From Microcystis aeruginosa NIES-843 (lineage in GTDB: Bacteria > Cyanobacteriota > Cyanobacteriia > Cyanobacteriales > Microcystaceae), in the NCBI RefSeq assembly GCF_000010625.1, contig NC_010296.1, positions 3,180,001 to 3,212,000 on the forward strand: a DNA stretch of 32,000 nucleotides, written 5' to 3'. The notes below the pieces were generated by a model, which ran no database searches, had not been told where the DNA came from, and saw nothing but the letters and a program-made list of their open reading frames with translations. The position numbers were made by a program, and so were the translations under genes. Numbering within the stretch: position 1 is the first letter of the stretch; every line of letters begins with the position of its first letter. This document shows, piece by piece, positions 24,695-32,000 of this stretch.

Positions 24695-26041
24695 ATGAAT
24701 ATCACGGAAGTCTTACAACTGATTGACGAACGCCTTATTGAGCGAGATAAAAAGCCGCTAAATACTATCCAGAAGGCTATTTTTGAAGGGAGTTGGCAAG
24801 GACAGAGTTATCAAGAAATAGGTAACGAATATCACCGCAGTGAGACTCATATTAGAGAGGAAGGTGCTAAATTATGGAAGCTTTTATCGGATGCTTTTGG
24901 GGAAGAAATAAGAAAATCTAATTTTCGTTCTACTATAGAAAGAATGAAGATTAAATCATCTCCAAATTCTTTGAATGTTGTAAATAGTAACAATAACCAT
25001 TTTTGCCATACACAAACCTTCACTTTACCTAATGATAATGATAAAAATAGATATATAAACTCTCAATCTGAATCAATCTATCATGATCTAACCCTTGCTC
25101 CCCAAATTATTGATTTTTACGATCGAGAAAACGAACTCGCAACAGTCTCGAACTGGGTGTTTAAGCAAAATACTCGCTTAATTGCCGTTTTGGGATTAGG
25201 GGGAATAGGAAAAACCACCCTAGTTAAACGATTTATCGATCTCAATTTAGAACAATTTGAAGTGGTGATTTGGAAAAGTTTAAAATTTCCTAAGTCTTTA
25301 GATTTATGGCTAAATGATTTATTGAATACTTGCCAAAAAGAACCGAAAGAAAGCACCGATAATAAAATCCAGCAATTGTTAGAAGTTCTAAGCAATCATA
25401 AATGTTTAATCGTCTTAGATGATTTTCAGAATCTTTTTGCTGTTGGTCAAATGGCGGGTAATTATCAACCTGAATATAGTAGTTATTAACATTTTTTAAA
25501 ACTGATTGCAGAAATCCAACACCAGAGCCATTTTATTCTCATTAGTCAAGAAAAATCCGCAGAAATGAACTATCTTAATCAAGAAAATTCTCCTATTCAA
25601 TGCTTAGAATTATCAGGATTTGAAGCGATTGATTTTCTTGAAAATAAAGGTTTACAAGATGGGGAAAGATGGTTAGAATTAATTCAATTATACGAAGGTA
25701 ATCCTTTTTATTTAACCGATATTGCCGTTTTGATTAAAGATGTTTTTGATGGCAAGGTTAACGATTTCTTGGCAGAAAATAGCTTAGTTATTACTAAAAA
25801 AATGCAGTCTCATTTAAAACAAATTTTTGGTCGCTGTTCTCCCCTTGCCCAACAAATCGCCTTAGAATTAAGTAAAGTTGAGCAACCTTTATCTAGAGAG
25901 GAGTTAAAAAATAACCTAGATTTATCTGCTAGTGATTTAATCAATGGTTTACAATCCTTGCAACAACGTTATTTAATTCAAAGGGAGCAAAACCGATTTC
26001 AATTATCATCTATTTTTAAAGCGTATATCAAAAGCGATTGA
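24695..26041 (+). pseudogene. STAND NTPase: N-terminal HTH-like domain plus NB-ARC, no C-terminal repeat array; in-frame TAA at 25487-25489
   Basis: Walker A is VLGLGGIGKTTL and Walker B is CLIVLDDFQN. ORFs 24695-25489 and 25565-26041 share a frame. The segment after the TAA reads HFLKLIAEIQHQSHFILISQEKSAEM..LELSGF, which continues the NB-ARC fold. Confidence 0.8.
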
Positions 26042-26233
26042 TTGTAATATTTTTTAGAGGAGATCGAGTCTGAAAAAGAACCCTTCCAACCTCTTAAACT
26101 GATTGGTAACAATTAGAGGCAATCAGCGATATTGATAGCGATGTGTGAGATTATTCTTGAGATAATAAATGGCTGGTTATAATTAAATTAAAAATGGATT
26201 TTAGGTTCGATCCCCCCTGCCCCCCTTGATAAG

Positions 26234-27655
26234 GGTAGGGCTGTTTCATTCTCCCATCAGAATATCAAAAGTAAAAGCGATCAATATCAGGTAAAATGAT
26301 AAGTGACCGCCAACCTTTTAAATATATGTTGAGCTTAATAGAAAAACTGAAACAAGTCAAGGACTTTCGGAAAGATAAAGGAAAAAGACACCCTTTATGG
26401 ATAGTATTAGTAGTAATAATACTGGGAACAATGCTAGGATACTCAGGTTATAGAGAACTAGGAGAGTTTGCTAAAAATAATCGGCACAGGCTCAGTAAAG
26501 AATTTAACATAATTCCAGAAAGAGTCCCATCCTATTCAACAATTAGAAGGGTAATGATGGGAGTTGACTGGCAGAGTTTGTTAAAAATGTTTAATGAATG
26601 GGCATTAGAAGAATATGGACAAAGAGATGATATAAATTGGCTAGGTATGGATGGAAAAAGTCTCAAAAACACCCTAAAGAATCCTAATAATGAACAACAA
26701 AATTTTATCATGTTTGTCTCATTGTTTAGTCAAGAAAGTGGATTAGTATTACACTTAAAAAGAATCGAAAACAAAAAAGGGTCTGAAATCGACGAAGGGC
26801 AAGCTATAATTGAGGATTGCTCTCTCCAAAATAAAGTTTTTACTGGCGATGCTTTACACTGTCAGAAAAAAACAATCAGCTTAATAGCCAAGAGTAAAAA
26901 TGACTATGTTATCACCGTTAAAGGAAATCAGAAAAATCTTTATAAGCGAATACAAGACCTGAGTAATTCCTCAAAGCCAGAAAGTTGCTTTCTTGAACAA
27001 GATAATAGTCATGGACGAAAAATATCAAGAAAAATAGAAGTTTTTAAAGTGAGAAAAAATGAAAGACAAGGGTTTGAAAATCTGCGAAGAGTTATTAAAG
27101 TAGAAAGAAAGGGTAGTCGCGGGGATAAAACCTATGAAGAAACAGCTTACTATATCAGTAGCCTAACCGAATCCGCTCAAGTATTTGCTAAAATTATTCG
27201 AGGACATTGGAAAATAGAAAATCAGTTACATTGGGTAAAAGATGTAATTTTTGAGGAAGATAAAAGCGAGATAAGTGATTTTCAAGCGGCCAGCAATTGG
27301 TCAATTCTCACAACTATAGGATTGAATCTTTTCAGAGGTTTGGGTTTTCTCTCAATAACAGAGGGACAGAGGTGGTTAGCTGAACGTTGGGAAAAACTGA
27401 TAGTTTTATCGACGTAAGAAGCAGAAAAATTAGCTAAATTAACAGGATGTACTCTCAGACAATTTCAAGAAAGATAGGCTTTTAGTGGCTTGGAAACAGG
27501 CTTTATCAATTTATTCATAATCAATATTGGCAGAGGATTAAAGATTAGTTATTGTCACTAACTCTTTTGATTAGAAAAAGATAAACTTGAGAATTTTCAT
27601 TCAAATTTATTGACTCAAAATCAGCTGTAATTAATTTAAATGAAACAGCCCTACC
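26234..27655 (+). mobile_element. ISAs1-family insertion sequence (1422 bp), 8-bp duplication TTGATAAG
   Basis: Inverted termini GGTAGGGCTGTTTCATT and AATGAAACAGCCCTACC. TTGATAAG is present at 26226-26233 and 27656-27663. Confidence 0.88.
26296..27417 (+). CDS. ISAs1-family (H-repeat-associated type) transposase, intact
   Basis: 373 aa. DFRKDKGKRHPL, GMDGKSLK, TGDALHCQKK and RGHWKIENQLHWVKDV are hallmark motifs of the family. Confidence 0.9.
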   Translation: MISDRQPFKYMLSLIEKLKQVKDFRKDKGKRHPLWIVLVVIILGTMLGYSGYRELGEFAKNNRHRLSKEFNIIPERVPSYSTIRRVMMGVDWQSLLKMFNEWALEEYGQRDDINWLGMDGKSLKNTLKNPNNEQQNFIMFVSLFSQESGLVLHLKRIENKKGSEIDEGQAIIEDCSLQNKVFTGDALHCQKKTISLIAKSKNDYVITVKGNQKNLYKRIQDLSNSSKPESCFLEQDNSHGRKISRKIEVFKVRKNERQGFENLRRVIKVERKGSRGDKTYEETAYYISSLTESAQVFAKIIRGHWKIENQLHWVKDVIFEEDKSEISDFQAASNWSILTTIGLNLFRGLGFLSITEGQRWLAERWEKLIVLST

Positions 27656-27775
27656 TTGATAAGGGGGGTGCCGGTAGGCGGGGGGATCTCCCTTGATAAG
27701 GGGGGCATCTGATAATTTTTAACGCCTACCTACTTATAAAGTCGATGTCTGATAACTGATAATTGATCGCTGAAT

Positions 27776-30211
27776 TTAACTTCTTAAAGAAACTTGGAAC
27801 TGTTTAACTAAAGCTTCTCGCACTTTTGTCATTAAGGGTTCCACATCTTCATCGGTTAAAGTTCGATCGCTGGCACGATAGACTAAACTAAAGGCCAAAC
27901 TACAATGATTTTCTGGCACATTCTGCCCCTGATAGCGATCGAATAATTCGACTTTTTCTAAGAGATTGCCCCCAGCATTTTTGATAGTTTTTGTCAATCT
28001 ATCTACGGGTATATCTGTGGAAACAAAGAAGGCGATATCTCGTGCTGCCCCCGGATAGGTAGAATAGACCTGTAAACGCGGGGTAATTTTGGCACTATCG
28101 CTAAGAGTTGCTAACAGGATCGGGAACTGGATTTCAAAGGCATAAACTGCCTCAATTAATCCCTTTTGCTGACGCAATTGCGGGTGTAGTTGACCGAATA
28201 TACCTAGGCGTTGTTTGCCAATCCATAAAGATGCTGTTCGTCCGGGATGAAAACGCGCATCTTCGGCATCTTTTTCGTAGCTTACTGTCAGCGAAAGGCG
28301 ATCGAATACTGCTTCTAAAATCCCTTTTGCTTCATACCAAGTCATGGCCACCTCTTTACCCGATCGCAGCCAACGTCCGGCCGGGAAGAAATCACCGCCA
28401 AAAATACCAGCAATTGCATCGTATTCGTTGATATTATCCGATTCTAGGCGGAAAACTCGCCCGATCTCGAAGCCATTTAAGGAACCGTTCCCCTGAGACT
28501 GATTATACTCAAACGCTTCGATTAAACCGTCGAGGAGATTAGTCCGCAAAGCAGAATACTCGACAAAAAGGGGATTAGCGAGGACAACTTCCGCTAATTC
28601 CGGTTTAACTAGGGAATACTGGACTAATTCCGTCAAACCGACTGCTCGAAAAGCTTCCCGCAGCCGACGCTGTATAGTTTCCTCAAAGGATAATCCTCCG
28701 GCTGCGGTTTTTGCCGGCAAAGTATCGACAAAGCGATCATATCCGTACAGTCGCGCTACTTCTTCAATTAAGTCAATTTCCCGTTCTAAATCCCGATAAC
28801 GGTAGTCTGGGACTGTCACAGTCCACAGAACAGGATTTTTTGAGGTTAACTGCAATTCACAGCCTAAATTGCCTAAAATCCGTTCCACATCTTCGGCGAG
28901 AATTTCACCGATCGCACCATCATCTAGGGTAACTTGACCCAGTAGCTGCTGTAAACGTTCTAAACGCAATTCGATCGAACCCCTGGACCGTTCGGCACGA
29001 TAATCAGCTTTAACCTGACTGCTGACAGTTCCCCCAGCTAACTCTAGAATCAAATCGATCGCCCTTTGACAAGCATATTCCAAAGCGGCGGGATTAACAC
29101 CGCGTTCATAGCGTCCAGAAGATTCGCTGCGTAAACCCTGCGCTTTTGAGGAACGACGGATAGCGATCGGATCGAATAAAGCCGACTCTAGCACAAGATT
29201 AACGGTTTCCTCGTTAACTTCTGTATCTTGACCTCCCATCACTCCCGCTAAAGCTACCGGCTTATTATTGGCAGTAATTAATAAATTAAGCTCTTTTAAG
29301 CTTCTTTCCTGACCATCAAGGGTAATGATTTTTTCCCCTTCCTCGGCAAAACGGACTCCAATAGTAACGGATTTACCTCCGGCAAAACTTTGTAAACGAT
29401 CGCGATCGAAAGCGTGTAAGGGTTGTCCCCACTCCAAGAGGACATAATTAGTAATATCGACCACATTATTGATCGATCGCAATCCGGCAGCCTGTAAACG
29501 CTGTTGCAACCATAGCGGAGATGGGCCAATTTTTACCCCCTCGATCACCGTACCAATATAGGCAGGACAGGCTTTATTTTCTGATATTTCCAGCGTTAAA
29601 TCTTTTTTAGGGGAAAATTCCCGTAATTTGACTTTTGGTAGGCTTAATTCTCCTCCTGTCAAAGCCGCTACTTCTCGCGCAACTCCGATCATACTCAAAG
29701 CATCGGCACGGTTAGCGGTGGGAGAAATATCTAAAATCACCTCATCGAGTCCTAAAAGGGGACGAACATCTGTACCTAAAGGGAGATTTTCCTGGCTAAA
29801 AATGTGGATTCCTTCAGAATCTTTAGTTAATCCTAATTCTGCGAGGGAACAGATCATCCCTTCCGATTTTACCCCGCGCAATTTAGCCGGTTTAATCGTT
29901 AAATTGATTTTGGCTAAATAAGTTCCCAAAGTAGCCACAGGAACTAGAATATCAGCCCTAGCATTGGGCGCACCACAGACAATTGTACTAGGGTTTTCCT
30001 GACCGATATCCACCTGACAGACACTTAATTTATCCGCATTGGGATGGGGTTGGCGATCGATAATTTTACCAATAACCACACCCTTTGCCCATTCTCGGCG
30101 ATCCTCGATCTCTTCCACTTCTATTCCCGCAATTGTCAATAATTCGGCTAATTCTTGGGGAGATTGGGCAATTTTGACTAATTCTCGTAACCAGTTGATC
30201 GAAATCCGCAT
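27776..30211 (-). CDS. pheT: Phenylalanine--tRNA ligase beta subunit
   Basis: 811 aa. The N-terminal [12 protein letters not shown] with a tRNA-binding domain (HPNADKL..C.VD), the B3/4 and B5 regions, and the C-terminal anticodon-binding domain are all typical of PheT. Confidence 0.95.
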   Translation of the reverse strand: MRISINWLRELVKIAQSPQELAELLTIAGIEVEEIEDRREWAKGVVIGKIIDRQPHPNADKLSVCQVDIGQENPSTIVCGAPNARADILVPVATLGTYLAKINLTIKPAKLRGVKSEGMICSLAELGLTKDSEGIHIFSQENLPLGTDVRPLLGLDEVILDISPTANRADALSMIGVAREVAALTGGELSLPKVKLREFSPKKDLTLEISENKACPAYIGTVIEGVKIGPSPLWLQQRLQAAGLRSINNVVDITNYVLLEWGQPLHAFDRDRLQSFAGGKSVTIGVRFAEEGEKIITLDGQERSLKELNLLITANNKPVALAGVMGGQDTEVNEETVNLVLESALFDPIAIRRSSKAQGLRSESSGRYERGVNPAALEYACQRAIDLILELAGGTVSSQVKADYRAERSRGSIELRLERLQQLLGQVTLDDGAIGEILAEDVERILGNLGCELQLTSKNPVLWTVTVPDYRYRDLEREIDLIEEVARLYGYDRFVDTLPAKTAAGGLSFEETIQRRLREAFRAVGLTELVQYSLVKPELAEVVLANPLFVEYSALRTNLLDGLIEAFEYNQSQGNGSLNGFEIGRVFRLESDNINEYDAIAGIFGGDFFPAGRWLRSGKEVAMTWYEAKGILEAVFDRLSLTVSYEKDAEDARFHPGRTASLWIGKQRLGIFGQLHPQLRQQKGLIEAVYAFEIQFPILLATLSDSAKITPRLQVYSTYPGAARDIAFFVSTDIPVDRLTKTIKNAGGNLLEKVELFDRYQGQNVPENHCSLAFSLVYRASDRTLTDEDVEPLMTKVREALVKQFQVSLRS

Positions 30212-30436
30212 CGTTAATTCTTGCTTGCCGTTGGTTCTTAACTATTGTAAACCGTGGGTAGTCAATGATTTAGAGATTAGGGCCGATCGGCTGTTAAAAT
30301 GTTAGGGGGAGGATGGAAGGACTGTGTAAATAACCGCTCATTTTCCTTGGCCAGGGGTGATATTATCTTGGAACATATTACCGATAATTTGGGGAGATAA
30401 TCAGTAGTTAGCTATCTATATCAAAAAGGATTATTG

Positions 30437-31003
30437 ATGCCACCCGATCAAATAGAAAACCTCCTCAAGGGAATTTTGAGACAATACCAAAGTTCTTTTA
30501 GTGACAAAATCTATGGAGAAGAAAATGATGATTATGATCCGCTTATGAGGGTATTTGGAATTACTCCTAGTTTAAAAAGGGAAAATCGTCAGTATTGGGG
30601 CAGGGAACTAGGAATGTGTTGGCAACGTCTGGTGACAGAAGTTTTTAAGGCTAATTGTTTAGATTATCAACCGGCTTTAAAGATTGCAGATGATCAACCT
30701 TGTGACTGCATTTTAGGTAGAGATGCCATTGATACTAAATATAGAATTGGTTCGGGAGATTCTGGCACACTTAAAAAGTTTAAACAGTATGGAAAACTAT
30801 TACAGGAAAGAGGACTTAGACCTATTTTACTGATTGTGCGAGAGGATAACTTACCAGCAGCGATTAAAGCTTGTCATCTGGGTGGCTGGACTGTTTTGCA
30901 GAGCCAACAAAGTTTTGATTATATACTTGATCGCAGTGGGTTCGATTTGCTGAAAGCTTTTGATAAATTTTCTGAAACACAGGAGTTTTATATTGCCCGA
31001 TGA
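30437..31003 (+). CDS. Putative type II restriction endonuclease (188 aa, PD-(D/E)xK-like)
   Basis: It lies immediately upstream of a DNA methyltransferase and overlaps it by 4 nt (ATGA). A candidate catalytic signature is ...DDQPCDCIL...DAIDTKYRIG. I do not recognise the family. Confidence 0.6.
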   Translation: MPPDQIENLLKGILRQYQSSFSDKIYGEENDDYDPLMRVFGITPSLKRENRQYWGRELGMCWQRLVTEVFKANCLDYQPALKIADDQPCDCILGRDAIDTKYRIGSGDSGTLKKFKQYGKLLQERGLRPILLIVREDNLPAAIKACHLGGWTVLQSQQSFDYILDRSGFDLLKAFDKFSETQEFYIAR

Positions 31004-31938
31004 ATATCTCAAAAAGATGGCAACTTCTGCACGGTGATTGTAGAGAACTTCTCACTTTACTAGAAGAATCTAGTATATCTTGTGTGATCACAGATCCACC
31101 CTATAATTATGAGTTCATTGGCAGAAATTGGGATCATGATGAAATCCAAAGACGCAGAGAACGCATTCAAAACAGTTCCACACTGGTAAAAAATATTCCC
31201 TATGGAAGTGGGTTAGCTGGTGGGGTTCGCAATGAGCGTTGGTATCAACGCAATCGCGAAAATGTGGTCAATTATATTGAATGGGCAACAGATTGGTCAA
31301 AGGAACTAATGCGTGTTTGTAAAAGCGGGGCTGTTGTCGCTGTTTTTAGTAGCACAAGAACACTAGCTCATATTCAGATTGCTCTTGAAAATGCCGGTTT
31401 TTATGCTAGAGATGTGCTGGTTTATAGACGACATTCAGGCATTCCCAAAGGATTAAATATTGAGAAAAAACTTGACAAAATTGGTGACACTAATGCTCAA
31501 CAATGGCAAGGTTGGCATACTTGCTTGAGAAATGAATGGGAAGCTATAGTTATTGTGCAGAAGCCTCTAAAAAACAATTATATTGAAACTCTACAAATGA
31601 CTGGATTAGGTCCCTTTAAAGCTATACTAAGTGACGGCTCTTTTCAATCCAATATTTTAGAGGGCTTTTCTAAAGGACGGGATGAAAATTTTGATGAGCA
31701 TTGTACGATTAAACCTTTATCATTGATTAGAAAACTGCTCGAGTTATTTCTACCACAGGATAACAGTCATATAGTTCTCGATCCTTTTGCTGGAACGGGT
31801 ACAACTTTAATTGCCGCTCTAGAATTAGGTTATCAGACTATTGGTATTGAAATTGAAGCTCAGTATATTAATATCATTCAACAACGTTTGGGGGAATATT
31901 TTGGCAAGATCGGACAAGAATTTGAGGTATTTGATTAG
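31000..31938 (+). CDS. DNA methyltransferase, beta class (motif IV before motif I), probably N6-adenine
   Basis: ITDPPYNY (motif IV, DPPY) lies near the N-terminus and LDPFAGTGTT (motif I) near the C-terminus. This is the N4/N6 MTase (PF01555-type) architecture. Confidence 0.88.
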   Translation: MNISKRWQLLHGDCRELLTLLEESSISCVITDPPYNYEFIGRNWDHDEIQRRRERIQNSSTLVKNIPYGSGLAGGVRNERWYQRNRENVVNYIEWATDWSKELMRVCKSGAVVAVFSSTRTLAHIQIALENAGFYARDVLVYRRHSGIPKGLNIEKKLDKIGDTNAQQWQGWHTCLRNEWEAIVIVQKPLKNNYIETLQMTGLGPFKAILSDGSFQSNILEGFSKGRDENFDEHCTIKPLSLIRKLLELFLPQDNSHIVLDPFAGTGTTLIAALELGYQTIGIEIEAQYINIIQQRLGEYFGKIGQEFEVFD

Positions 31939-32000
31939 TCAATCAAAAAGTTAACAATAACAACCGCTACGGTAGAAAATCGGCTCGGCAATAAATCCCT

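Noticed and set aside
26200-26225. GGTTCGATCCCCCC resembles a tRNA T-arm or 3' end (possible integration site)
   Set aside because: No acceptor, D or anticodon arms can be drawn upstream. The sequence is half of a palindromic C-run/G-run repeat unit.
28108-30305. Plus-strand ORFs of 73-107 aa inside pheT, and ORF 29296-29529 on the minus strand
   Set aside because: They are antisense or alternative-frame ORFs within a well-supported 811-aa PheT coding region.

Overview
By inference this is a cyanobacterial chromosome, Microcystis-like: it has a cyAbrB regulator, STRR-type heptamer arrays and an extreme IS/MITE load. All coordinates were hand-counted and no search was run.

Housekeeping genes: eno (3' end), a DUF360 membrane protein, a Pmp3 proteolipid, cyAbrB, an Rrf2 regulator, a GFA protein, cbiB, plsC, an aspartate aminotransferase and pheT.

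Mobile DNA between them: a TnpB-only IS605-family element; IS5-, IS4-like, IS630 (x3), ISKra4-like, IS30 (x2, encoding identical proteins) and ISAs1 elements; at least eight MITEs; and two copies of an ORF-less group II intron inserted into GGGGTGT heptamer arrays. One intron copy carries an IS5. The other is split by a multi-level nest of insertions spanning 10.1-17.3 kb.

The locus I rate most likely to be an undescribed system is 20.1-26.0 kb. It has three tightly packed small genes of no family I recognise: a 62-aa protein ending in GG, a ~134-aa protein, and a ~102-aa protein with an N-terminal TM helix and an acidic tail. Next comes a classical AAA+ ATPase with an N-terminal extension of about 130 aa. 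An HTH-NB-ARC (STAND) NTPase is transcribed divergently. Both NTPases are inactivated, by two IS30 insertions and by an in-frame TAA respectively.

A compact type II R-M pair (PD-(D/E)xK-like nuclease plus a DPPY beta-class methyltransferase, ATGA overlap) lies at 30.4-31.9 kb. I saw no rRNA, tRNA or CRISPR array.
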